From positions 30,628,001 through 30,692,000 of the forward strand of contig CM022671.1 of NCBI GenBank assembly GCA_012295275.1: a stretch of 64,000 nucleotides of DNA. The letters are read 5' to 3'. The notes under the pieces are model-generated. The model made no database searches. It saw only the letters and a program-made list of their open reading frames with translations, and was not told where the DNA came from. This stretch comes from Chrysomallon squamiferum (Eukaryota > Animalia > Mollusca). A program made the position numbers and the translations under genes. Every line of letters starts with the position of its first letter. Within the stretch, counting starts at the first letter, position 1. Shown piece by piece: positions 26,888 through 40,664 of the stretch.

Positions 26888-28831
26888 TTTAAAATATCTA
26901 ATATTGAAATAATATTAGTTTTCAAGATAGTGATTACGAAAGATTAGGTAGTTTCAAACAATCACTGCACATGAAGACGCCTGTAAAGATACACCAAGTC
27001 ATCTACCAGAAAGTCAGAGAATCTTTGCTGCATTTTAATTAAATCATATATCTTTCACATTTTTGTCCCTGCAAAATCTTTTTATAAATTTATTATCACA
27101 TCACTTTTAGAGATGTAAAATCACTAACAAATTTTCCTTCTTTTCTCCTCCTTCAGTTTGATTTTAATTTTTCTTCTGTGTTAAATTAAAATTTTAAAAT
27201 TACTTAAATGTTTTTATTATTTTTTTTTTTTTTTTTTATTTACCTCTTACTTTTTATGTTTCTTTAAAATTTTAAAATTTTATTTTTGTTTTAGTGTTTT
27301 TTCAATTTTATTTCCTTGAATTACTTTGAATTTATAAATGTTTTTTAATATTTATTTTTTGTATTTTTTTAAAATTTTCTTTTTAGAGATTTTCCTTTAA
27401 AATGGCACATTTCAATTTTATTTTTTATTTATAATTTTTTATTTAAAACTTTTTATTTAAAAATTTAAATGTTAAATATTTATTTTACTTTTATTTTATT
27501 AATATTATTTTTTGTTTGTAATGGTTTATCTAAAACTTAGTTGTTTAAATTTTGTTATTATTTTACTTCTATATGTTACTTCCTTCACATTTTCTCCCTT
27601 GAAAAATTTGTGAAGTTTAGTTCAGTTATATTTATTTAAATTTATGATTTTAATTTCCTATCCATTTACTTTTTAATTTTTATTTGACTTTTTACATCTA
27701 GTGATTTAAATTTTAATTTCTTAATTTTTAAATTTTTATTTCCATGATTTAATTCCTTCAGTTTGTTTTCTTTTTAAAATATTATTTCATATTATTTTAT
27801 TTATATATTTTTCCTTTGTATTTTTGCATGTTTTCTTAAAAAAAAAGGCAACAATTATTTATATTTTGATTCTATGAAATATTTTTAAAATTCATTTTCA
27901 GTTTATTTTTTTAAAATGAACTGTTTCATATTTTATTTACATTTTATTTTTATCTTTTCTGCAATATTCTTTATATTTCATTTTCTTTTTCAATTTTTTC
28001 CAGCTTTATATCCTTAAATTCCACTATTTTATTATTATTATTATTATTATTTTTATTATTTTAAATGCTATTTTTAAAATATTTTTACTTTGTTACTTTC
28101 TTTAAATTTTGTTTCGTTATAGGTTATTTCATTTTTTGTTTTTTTCTTTTTTCAAGCAAATTTTAAAAGCTTTTTATTCAGTGTTATTTTTAAATATTTT
28201 AGTTTCGTGTTAAAGTTATTAGTCAAAATTTCAGAAGTTGTGTAACAGAAGATTAAAATCAGAAAAACAAATTTGTAAGGATGATAAAATGGCCTAGAAA
28301 GCAGAAGTTACAAAATATTTTTTTTAAAATTCTTTTTCTTTTGCATATCTTTTGAAAAACACATTTCTCCTGCTGGAAGCCACACAAAGTAATTACAACA
28401 ACAATAATAAACAATTCATTTAAAAATAATAAAAATAAATGTATTTATTGCTATTTATTTTCTACTTTATATATATGCAAATTACAATAATATTCTGTTA
28501 GAAGATTAAATACCTAGATGCAGTTATAAATATATACTTGTAAATAATAAATAATATAACAAATCGTTTAAGATATGAAAGTGTTAATCTATGCCACACA
28601 TAACAAAATATTCTGCTTCTTTATTTTATAGAGTACATTCTATCAAAAAAACCTACAAAAGCAAACATAGAAACAAACAAAACAACAACAAAAAAACCCA
28701 GACATAAGCATACCAAAAAAAAATTAAAAAAAAAAAAAAAAAAATGAACGAATCAAAATAATAATAATAATACTATACTATGATTAGAGAGATTAAAATA
28801 TTTTCAGATTCTGTTTCTCATAATTATCCAC

Positions 28832-29158
28832 TTAGTTTCTTGTTTTTGATGAAATGTATCTAACAAATTGTCCATTGTCTGCTGTTGCTGTGATGATCAT
28901 ATTCAGTGATGTGACTGATGATGTCACAGGAAAATCAGCTGTTGATACATCAGTCTCTGCAACACGAAATAAGTCAGAGTAGCCATTTCTGGATCCAACA
29001 GCAACATTGTAGACCAAGGCTGATTGAGGGTGAGAGAAAACCCCACCCCAGTCCAGATGAACTGTAGTCCCCTTCCAGTGTATGTTAGCAGATGAACCTA
29101 AAAATACAAAGTTTAATTTAATAAATTTAAAAATTTACAGTTGTAACAAAACTATACA

Positions 29159-29197
<39 letters not shown>

Positions 29198-32100
29198 GTG
29201 TGTGTACTTATTAAATATTTTTAATTGTTTAAGCCTAAAACTGCAACAGTAATTACATAAAGCCAAACTTTGAACCATAGGCCATTTCTGTATATGTTTA
29301 TGTTCACAGTGTATTTTTGTCTGTTTGCACAAAGCAGAAAGTGTTAAAATATAGTAACTGTAACCTGTAAGCTGTGGTGGACGACTATCTACAACCACAG
29401 AACCAGATACAACATCGCTCTTCAGCTCTCGAGTATCTACTGCAACAACTTCGGCTGTGTATGTGACACCACTGGTCAGAGCTAAATCCACATCAATGTA
29501 GTTGCAGCTTGTGTTTGTCCATTTTGTCACTGGATCTTTTCCTGCAGTGATGCGGTAGAGGAAAGTTTTAGTGTTGCTGTCGTCGCCCAGCCTTGACCAG
29601 GTCACTTGGAGTCGTGATGTATCAGTCTGAACTGGAAGACTTACTGCAGGACCAGATCTTTGATTTGCCAGCAGAAACATGACTTTCCCATCCAGTGATG
29701 ACTGGGGCTGAAGTAACACTGTGTGAGGACCAACTGATGCTGAGGAGTGCAGCTCAATCTGGTTAAAACACTGAACCCTGGCATAAATCTTTTCATGATG
29801 ATAAGGTTTCGAGAGGACCAAGCTACATCTTGTAAGGTAAGTGGAGAGTTTCCATGGTTGTATGTGTTCAGACATAGACCTGTGTCCTGCAGATTAAAAT
29901 CATGTGTTAAATCATGAGATATCCCAGAGTTGAGATTATGAATTAATATATTTATTAAAACCCATTTAAAAAGCTTCATAAAATTAATTTTTTGCACCTC
30001 TGTAAGCCTATTATTAAAATATGGTGAATTAGTAATTCTCTTATTCAAAGATTTTAGACTTATATATGCTTAATTTATCTTTTGAATAAATATGTTAATT
30101 TCCATAAAATAAAAATAGCATGACTAGTTTGGAATGATTGCAATATACTGATTCAGAATTTAAAACATTTATGAAGTCATAAATATTAATCAAACATTAT
30201 ATCTTCTTTAAATGTACAATATATTAGTCTTTAGAAACTTTATCTGCTGATTTAATAATCATAGCAATGCAGTCTGTAATTATTTCACAGAATATTTGAA
30301 GTTTCTTGTTAAACAAACATTTACTTACCCAGTGCACACCTACAAGATTTCAAGCCACTTTCTTTGTCCTCTACACTCCACGATACCTTGACAACAACTC
30401 TCTCAACACTTCTTTCAGAAGAATAGACCAGATTTGCTGTTGCTTTAGTAATTACTGGTGGTGTATGGTCAATAATTAAAACATCTGATTGAAACACTGA
30501 CACCAACTGTGCAGAATTTTCAGCAGTTACAGTGACAAAAATTCGGGTGCCATGAGGCACTTCAGCTTCTACGAGTTCGTGGAAATGGAGAAAAGTTGGC
30601 TTCAGGGTCTGTATTTGAAATCCTCCTCTTGTTGTTCCTACTCCAATCTTAATTAGTTTTGGTTCAGTTTCAGGATCAGACACACGAGCACTGACCAGCA
30701 GGAGAGATGGAGATATCTGCTGAATGGTTAAAGCTCTGGCACCATCAACCTCTTTTGTTTCATTACAGGAATGAATGGTTACATCATTTTCAGATATAAA
30801 GTTAGTTTTGTCTGTCATTATCTGAAGGTTTAGAATTCCAGATCGTGATGTGAGAAAATAATAATGGGCTTCAGCTTTTGTTTTGTTATCAGTTAACATG
30901 AATTTTGCTGGAATACATTCATCATCAACTTGAAAGAAAATGCTTGTTTCAGGAAATAAATGTTTACTCTGTATTAATTTTGTGACAGAAATTTTTAAAT
31001 ACATTCTTTCTTTTACATCAATTGTGGCTTTAAGGATATTTTCTGGATTGTCTATGGATGTGCTGTTATTGTTCCATGATATATTCAAAGTGATATCAGA
31101 AAAGTTCAGACATTCAAAACCAGTGGGTGGAGTGGAATCAATGAGTACAGGAGGAGACTTCACCACAGCACTGTGATGTCCTGTCAAATCAACTGCAGTT
31201 ACCGAAGCCTGATATTTCTCACCTTGAACAAGGGACAAATTATTAATAACTACCTTGTTTTGAAAGCCTACACTAATCTGAGCAAGCTGTGAGAGAATGT
31301 CTGTGGTTTTGTAAACTGCTACTCTGTAACTGACTATAGCTGAATGGCGGTCTTGAAATCCCACGCCAGGAGACCCCAAATGTTGATGTTGATGACTGAG
31401 ATACCTTGTTGACATGCTCTGCAGTGTTGAAGGCAACTCCAGCAAGTGGAACTTCATCATCTACAACAACTCCATCAGAGAAAGCAACTCCAGAGAGACC
31501 AGCTGTATTGAGAGCTTTGACTGTTGCGTAGTATCTGATGCCTGGTTTAAGCAGCTTCTGAGAAATGGAATAATTTGTATTTCTTCCAACACTTGTTGGT
31601 TTTATCACATCAGATCCTGAAAAATTTAAAGAAAAAATATTATAAATAAATATGTCTAAACTGATTGCTGTAATAGTACCAAGATAACTTGATTAAAATC
31701 TGTTGAATTGTCTCTTTTGTATTAGTATTATTATTATTATTGGTTTTGACTAATTGTTTTAGGTAAGAGAAAAATGATTTAAGTGCACATTTGGCAATAA
31801 AAGGTTAATAAGAGTAAATAAGAAACAATTAAATTTAGATCAACATTAACAATCAAACAATAAGAAATGCCCATAAGGGCATGAGCCAGAATAATAAGAT
31901 ATACCATAAGGGCTGGAACCCATTTGAAATACAAACTGCCATCAGTTTTAAGAATACTGCTGATCTTTATTTCTGGATATTTGTCAGTGTCTGTCAGCAG
32001 TGGTATGTTTACACAAGGCTCTAGGACATCTGTTTGTTCACAGGTCCTGCCAACAATGGCACACGTACAGTCCTTAGAGCAGTAATGGATGTCACAGGAA

Positions 32101-35100
32101 TGTCTCTGAATCTCCAGTAAACCTTTATCAGCTTCCTGATCTGAAGCAATAACTGTGACAGTTAGTTTACTAAACTCTGTTAATAAACCCACAGCATTTT
32201 CAGCACGTATTGAGAGAATAATGTTTTCACCGTTTTTTAGTTGGTCAGAAAGTGAAACGGAGACTGACTGGTCTTCAGAACTGAATGATGGTGATAAATG
32301 TGTTATTCCCTGTGACAGTTCAGATCCATCGTAAGATCTGCTCACTGTTAGATGATACTGAGTGATTTTTGATTCAGAATCAGAAAAACCATACCATGTT
32401 AAATTAACCTGTGTCAGGGTCTTATTTTTACTTTGTACATGTTCCCATGTCAGTGGGTTCTTGAATCCACCCAGCTGAGGAGGAGTGGAGTCTATTAACA
32501 GATCTTCACTGTGAGCTGTAGTGCACAAACCTGCCTGGTTGCAACCAGTAACTGACAAGGAATAAACATCACCACTTCTGAGTCGGTTGATTTTGCTGAA
32601 TGTTAATATCTGTTCATGTTCTGCTCCTATCTCTTTTCTCTCTAATGAAACTTTACTCTCATGGTGTGTTTTTAATGTAAGAATGTGTTTTACAATTGGA
32701 CTTTCTCTGTCATCAAACCTCCAGGCTACATGCAGTAAAGAATTATCTGACTGTACAGAAGTATTTTGTGTTTGGTTTAAATTAGGAGCTACAAAATGTG
32801 GACGTTGTATTACTTGAGGTGTGGTGTTGTCTACAATGAAAGATGATGACACAGACTGTAAGCCAGCATTGTTTGTTGCTCTCACAGTGATGTGCAGTGG
32901 AACAGAAACTGGTAACTGAAGTCCAGTTTTTAGAAATGTATCTGACAGCTGTGTGTTTTCAAAAGATGTCAGATTACATTGATAGGGTTGATAACCGAGA
33001 CACCATTCAAAGTGTTTAATTTCCGACTCTGGATCTTCAAATCCTTGCCAGTGGCCTGAGAGTGAAGATCTGCAGAGAAGAAAAAAATTAAAAAAAGAAA
33101 CAAAAAAGAAACAAAAAATTGAAATTAATAAGAAAATGAAATAATATAAGAAAAGTGTAGTTAAATCTTTTTATGAGACTTTTAAATTTTATCTTTCATT
33201 TTTTCTTCTAATTGATGCAGATTCTAAATTAATTTACTTTTCTAAAAGGAATTTTCCACTGACTCATCAATTGTTGTTTTCACTTATAACACTTCTACTG
33301 TTATTATTAATATTATTATTACTACATACTGTTATGACTACCACCACAACAACTACTACTATTACAACAACAACTACTCCTACCACCATTACTACTACTA
33401 TTACTAGAACTGTAATTATTTTTATAAATAAACCCTCATGACTGTTACATGCACATCAATTGAACACTTATCAGTGTAATACTCAGGTATGTTATTAGGA
33501 AATATATAGTTTTACCTTTGACTGACGTAGTGCTGGTGATTTTGTTTGTATCCAGCAAACACTTGACCTGTTAAAGGTGGTGTGTTGTCCATGATGAGTC
33601 CATCTGACGATGTCTCCGTACACAGACCCGCCTGGTTACAAGCTTTAACTTTTACATAGTATTTCTTACCAGGAATAAATGACACTGTCCATGTGAAGTC
33701 TGTAATAAATAAAACATTAAATAAATTAGCATACATACTGTAACAGTCCAAAAAATAATATAAATTAGATTTGAATGAAGACATCAGCTAATAAAATAAA
33801 TTGAATAAATAATAATATAAATAAATAAATAAATAAAAATATTAAATAACAAACTAGAACAATCAATAAATACATAAATAAATACAAATAAAATAAATAA
33901 ATAGATAAATAAACAAACAAACAAACAAACTTAAAATTTTAAAACTATAATACAGCAGGTGGTAAATATACTTACTTGTACGTAGGCCAACAGACACTAA
34001 AGGTGCCACATCATCATTAAGTGGATTTGAACCAAGAGCCACCTGGTAGCCAGCAATACCTGAATAAGCATCTCTGAATCCCGACCAGTGACAGTGATAG
34101 GTGGTCAGATTTGACTGGTAATCTATATCCTATTAATATGAATATTTATAGATATATAAAAATTATATATACATATATAGACAGATAGATGGATAAAGTT
34201 TGTGATTTGATTTGTGTCAGATTTATTGTTGCATTATAATAAATTGAAGGTTCTTACTATTTTTATTTTATTTTAGATAATAGTTTTTTTCTCTGATGCT
34301 CTCTTAACAAAACTTTTAGGTTAAACAAACAAACAAAAATTCCCAAATCTTTCTCCCAAAATTATAAAATGATATGTAAAAATCCTTTTATGTTGTTTAG
34401 CAAGAAGTAAACTATGCATTTTCTGTAGCAGCTGGTTTCCTTTCTGAGATCAGTTGTCTTTTAATAATCATTAACATGTTGAAATACACTAAAAATCGCA
34501 GTTAAATACCTTCTCACTTTGATGACCATCTCTGACAACACCAGTGTCAGGGGGTGAAGTGTCAATGACAAATGGAACTGCATGTTGAACTGTAGATAAT
34601 CCTGCTTGATTAGTTACCTGAAAATGAATATCCGAGGTAATTTAGAAGAATACTGATATATGTGATGAATTACTATTACCAAAAAGTTAAAGAAGATCCT
34701 TCTGAACAAAATAAATAGACTATAGTCATACCATATTCGATAAAACAACAACAACAACAACAGTACTGATGATAATAATAATAATAATAATAATCATAAT
34801 AGTAATATTAATAATAATAATAACAATAAAAGTTAATAATAATAATAATAAAAGTAATAATGAAGACAATAACAATAATAATAATAAATATAATATTAAT
34901 AATAGTGGTATTAAAAATAATGATGAAAATAACAATAATGATGATAATAATAAAATTAACAACAACAACAACAATAATGAGAATTAAAATACTATTATAT
35001 TTCTTTAATTAATATATAATTGGATATTGTGCATGTCCTTCTCAAAGGCATATTATATAAATAAAATACATTGATTTAACTTTTGAAAAAGATTTTTCTA

Positions 35101-36165
35101 GCATGTAAATCATGGAATGTAAAGTTTTAAAATAAATAAAATGAAAGATGTAATCACTAAGCAGATAAATAAATGAATAAATTTTTAACTAAGAAAAAAA
35201 TAAACCAATAAATAAATGAAATAAATAAATAGATAAATAATTTGATAAAAAAATATAAATAAATAAGTGACTAATTTACTAAATAAATTATTAAAAGAAA
35301 TAACAAAACAAACAAACCAATAAATAAATAAAACAAACAAAGAAACAAAACAAACTGTTCCTCACCTCAAATCTAATCTGATACTGATGTCCGTCAGTAA
35401 ATTCTGATTGACTAATATGAGCAAAATTGTCAGTGTACTTCTTCATAACAGTTACATCGTATTTATGATCAACAGAGCCAATATCCAGGCTAACATCAAC
35501 CAGCCCACTTTCTAGGTCTTCAAAACCATGCCACTGTATTGTAAATTCATTCCATGGTAGAAAATGCTGATGGAAGAGAAATCCCTCTATATCTACTGTA
35601 CCTGGAATGGGGGGCGTTGTATCTACCAAAACTCCTTCAGAGACAGAAGATGATGTGTGTCCAAGGTAGTCAGATGCTGGAGAAAGGTAATTCATATTTT
35701 TAATATTTTATTATTAACATAGTTTTAAAAAAAAAAAAAAATATGATAAGAATTTTGTATTTGAACTTTGCAGTGATATGGGTAAATAAAGAAATTTAAA
35801 AAAAAACCACAATAACAACAATAAAGTAAAGAATACTAAAATAAAATTTGTAATTTAGATAGTGAATCAAAAATATAGTAAAGCAAATGTCTGCTAAAAT
35901 AAAAATAACTAAATATCAAAAAAAACAAATCTAAACTTTTTAAAAGACAAGATCATAATAATAATAAAAAAATATTGTTTTGTAAATGAATGAATTGTGT
36001 TTCTAAAATACTAATTTGTTTACTAAACCAGCATTGAAAATCATGAATAAAATTATTAAAAATTATTTGAAATTCTGGATGCAAATTATAAACCTTTGAC
36101 AGTGACATAGTAGATTTGCCCATTGACAAGTGTAAGATTTTGTATCAGGTGACTTGTTACCATGC
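28832..36165 (-). CDS. 3' part of a giant FN3-like (DTTPP / W.GF.D.ES) repeat protein gene; 5'-truncated and frame-disrupted (pseudogene or assembly error)
   Basis: Exons (-): ~36165-36094, 35676-35366, 34617-34510, 34129-33976, 33699-33516, 33069-31905, 31616-30329, 29886-29365, 29097-28832 (TAA). Repeating motifs D(T/S/N)(T/S)PP, WxGFxDxES and YYVxVKAxNxAGL, plus a Cys-rich insert HSCDIHYCSKDCTCAIVGRTC. Frame breaks at ~31940 and 31360-31362; no start or signal exon. Confidence 0.8.
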
Positions 36166-36278
36166 TACATACATACATATGTACATTATATAGTTAAACA
36201 CACTCACACATAAACATACATAAATATTGAATTTTAAAGATATATAATCTAGTTTTATTTTTATTTTTTGTTTTTCAG

Positions 36279-39257
36279 ACTTGTATCAATACAAAAACCA
36301 ATGTTTTACCTTGCCCCAGTTCCCCAGATCAGACTGAAAAAGAAAATAAATGTGACAAAGCCACTGGAAAAAATAAATTTAATTCATGGATCTGAACTGA
36401 CTCTTATATACTGGGACAACCGTAAGTTTTTTTAAAATTACAGTTTTAAAATCACTTATAAGAAATTCTGGAATTTGAAATGCTTAGAAACCCAAACGAT
36501 TTTCTTCTTTTTTTCACGGCAGAGATAATAAAATTTTATAGTTTTCCAGTATTTTACTGTATACAAACTTTATTTCATTTATAAAATTATTAAAACTATA
36601 TACTATTATGTGCATACTATCTGTATAACCTACATATGAAATAGAATTGGGTCCCATAGGTTTTATTTTCAGCTGTCTCCTTATAGTCCAAAATTCACCC
36701 AAATTCCAAAATCTGAAACATTTCTATGAATCTTAATATATTCTATTTTTTAAATATATAGAGAAGAGGCTTATTAAACAGGCCTAATATTTATATAATA
36801 AATTTAATAATAACAGACGACAGTAATACAGATATTTGTTATATTATTTATTGTAATATTATATTTTGTTAATGTACTGTTTATATTAAGCTACATCATG
36901 TTAGTAGCATTATTTTTATATTTTATGTGCAGATGCTCAGGTATGGCGAAGTATACAGGAGCCTTGTGGTATGGAAAACCAAAACATCCTGACTGCTGAA
37001 TCATTTCATACTGAAGTAATTGTTCTATTTATTAATTAATTGTCATTGTTATTCTTGTTATTACTATCATTGTTATTGTTATTATTATTCTTGTTATTGT
37101 TGTTGTTATTTTTGTCAATGATTAAATTACTGTTAATATTATTGTTATTATTTTTGATATTATAATCATCATTCTTGTTATTACCGTTATCATTGTTATT
37201 TTGTTAGTTATTATCATTACATTGCTGTTATTGTTATTGTTATTATTACTGTTGTTGTTATTCTTGAATATTGGTATTCTATCATGGCATTTTAATATTG
37301 ACACTTAAAACAACAGTATGTTTATTTGCTAATTATTATTTCTTAAATTATTATTATTAAATGTATTAAAAACATGACCTATAAATATCATTTTATTAAA
37401 ATGTCTGAAAATTATTATTTATACAAACATTATTTTAGTTCTTTTATGTTCAGATATTTGTTATAAACTAAATAATTGTCTTTTTAAACAACCTGATATT
37501 TTTGTTCAGGTATGTGAAAAAGCTTTCACACCAGCATTATTATCCTTTGGTAAGCCTGACTACCAGAAACGAAGTACCCAAGATTTGTCTTCTCCTAGAC
37601 ATTTCATCATAGCAGAAATTAGACCTGAACTTCATAATTCCATTCCTTCTATTGTCACCACAAAGGTAGATGGTAAAGAAGATAATATTCTGAAGGCTTC
37701 GATTGAATTTGTTGATGCTGAAGGAGATGAGCTGATATTTGCTATAAAAACTCAACCCAAGCACGGCACAGCCAATGTTTCTCTTGATGGATTGTTGCTG
37801 TACATGCCTCAACAGGATTTCACTGGTGTTGATGAAATAGAAATATCTGCTACTGAGGTGATAAATGCTCCAGGTGCTAAGCCTCACACTCTTACAGCAT
37901 TTATCACTATAATAGTGGACAATGTCAATGGTGCTCCAACTCTGTTTTTCCAAAATTCCAGTGACAGTCTGTTGTTGAATTCTGCAGAAGAAAGACTGGT
38001 GGAGGTAGAACTCACAAATGATAAAACAAAACATCTTGTAGGTACTTTTTGGATGACGGATGCAGACGCTAATGATAGCCTTTCATACTTGCAGAAATTT
38101 CCAGAACTGTCACCAACTCTGAACTTTTCACTAACTCCACTACCTTCAGAACAAGATGATGCAGAAGACTTTTTTGCAGGAACACCTGGTACACTAACTA
38201 AACAGCAGCTCTGGCTGTATCATCTTCCAAATTTCACTGGTTCAGCAAATGTATCTTTCATTATCAAGGATGGAGATAATGCTTACAGTCATCCGATTAC
38301 CATTCAGGTTCTTGTTAACCCACAAGTGGATTCTGGTCTCTCTGCTGTCATCATTGCTGTGATTGTTGTGTCTGGTGTCATTGTCTTGGCTCTCATTGCT
38401 GCTGCTTCATTCAGATACTATCTGAAATCCAGGAACAAAATCCGAGATCTGAGGTGAGATCAAAGTTGTCAGAAACAAGTGACTTAATATTTATTTTATT
38501 GATACATGTATTATAAATATGACGTATGATTATCATTTTGTTAAAATTTACAGAACTAATATGTAAATATATGAATGCATAATTCTTTAGCTGTTTTCTT
38601 TTTTTGGCCTATATGGTTTTATTCTTTGTTATTTATTTATTTATTTATTTTTCATTTTTCATTTTTCATTTTTTTATTTTGTATTAATGAATAGTTTTGT
38701 TTTTTGAAAAGTTAAACTATGCCAAAACCCTTTCAAAAATAATAACAAAGACCAGGGCTCATTGAAATAATAATAATAATAAATAACCAAAAATATGTGT
38801 GTATGTGTATATATATATATATATGTTTGTATGTATGTATGCGTGTATGTATGTGTAAATAAAATAAAATAAATAAATTAAAATAAAGTAAATTAAAATT
38901 AAGATATATCAATAAACACACAAATAAAAAAAAGAAGACAAAGATTAAAGTTTCAACAGCTTACACAAAACTAATTATTAAAAAACCCAATATATATATA
39001 TATAACAATAATAATAATAATAAACAACAAACAATATCTGTTATTTCAGATTGTAAAATATTTTACAGCTAATTATTAACTTCTTTTTTATTTTTCTCAG
39101 TATGCTTCCAGACACTATTTTTGATGAAACACACAATGTTGTGTACTCTAACAACCTCAGTCCTTCGAAACTGCAGGAAATGTTCCAGTTGGGATATATT
39201 GGACCACAGACCTTACTGGATGAGAAAACTCCCCAGATGACTGAAGTTGAGATTTAA
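36279..39257 (+). CDS. 3' part of a large type-I membrane protein with cadherin-like/bacterial-Ig-like domains; 5' end missing
   Basis: Exons (+): 36279-36421, 36933-37015, 37510-38453, 39101-39257 (TAA), with consistent phases. Motifs DAEGDEL.F...PKHGTA.V..DG.L.Y.P..DFTG.D, VDNVNGAP and TDADAND; TM VIIAVIVVSGVIVLALIAAASF followed by RYYLKSR; tail ends TEVEI. The first visible exon opens with a splice acceptor (phase 2), not an ATG. Confidence 0.82.
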
Positions 39258-40587
39258 CAAACATTCTTTTTTTCACTTTTAAGTCATTCAAGATGGTTTA
39301 GCAGACTTTATAGATTATAATAAATAATTCTAGTAATTCTGTTATTTCATTTAATGTAGTTGTAGGAACTGAACCCAAGATTTAGATGAGGTAGTTTTCT
39401 TTTGTGTGTGTGGTTTTATTTTTACATTTTTAAAATTTATTTTATTAATGTATTTAAACAGAAAAAACAAAAATCTTCAGGATTTTTTCCTTTATTTTCT
39501 TTTTATTATTATTTACAGTAAATGTTTTCTGAAGTAAATTATTTGTATTTTATAATAAACTTTCGAAGTTAATTATGTACTTCATAAAAATTTGATAATT
39601 GTTTTTAGCCAAAGAATTTTTACTTCAGAAGAATTGAAATATTAATTTTGTTTTGCTTTATCTATATTTATGCATGGTTTTATATATTCTGATAACACTT
39701 GTAACATCCATATTCACTAATAAACATGAAAAAGACAAAGACCTGTTGAATTTAATGTAATTATATTACTTTTGATCATTTGCTGAATTAATTTTAAATG
39801 TTTTTTTAACTAAAATCTCTCTGTAAAAATGTAAGGAATTAGGATAAATTCTAAAATACCACAGGTTTTTGTTTTTAATCAGTTTCTGTTAAATTTATAA
39901 TCTGTTTGATTTCAGATGAAAAGAAATTATCATTTTTTGTTAATCATTTTGCAAATTTTACAAAGGCAGATTTCAAATATCACTTTTTATACGAGACACT
40001 AAAACTGAGAAATTAACTGTCCAGAAATTGGGTTCACAGCAAAAGAAAAAATTAATGAAATGTAAAAACTTGTGTAACTGTAATTGGATCTGAAACTATT
40101 ATAGACATGTATTTGGAATGTTCCTCTCATTTAAAAAAACCAAACAGAAATATTAGAGGCTGGAGTAATAAATTCTGAGTACTAAACATAATTCTGTGAC
40201 AAGAACTTAAGAAAAAACTGTGCAACATCAAGATACATCAGCTGTTTGGAAATAGAGCACAAACAATATCTGATACAGTTAGTAAGCATAAGCCAGATTG
40301 GGAAAATATCATTGTTATACAGAGTAATAATAAATAAAGAAATAAATAACAACATAAATAAAATATATTTATTGATGTTAAGCAGTTAACATTTTTACCC
40401 AAGTGCATAGTACATAAACTAATTTGATATGTAACAATCAATAGTTTCCATTCATGTTTTTTACTGACATACATTTAAACCATGACAAAAAACTACTTTG
40501 TTTCTCCATCTATCAAAAAAAAAAAAAAAAAAAAAAAAACTTTTCTGTATAACAAAATGTGGAAAGGGAGATGAAGTAAAAAAAATA

Positions 40588-40664
<77 letters not shown>

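Noticed and set aside
37510-38453. Bacterial contamination or recent horizontal transfer suggested by adhesin-like domains
   Set aside because: The exon is flanked by phase-compatible spliceosomal introns with host-type microsatellites.
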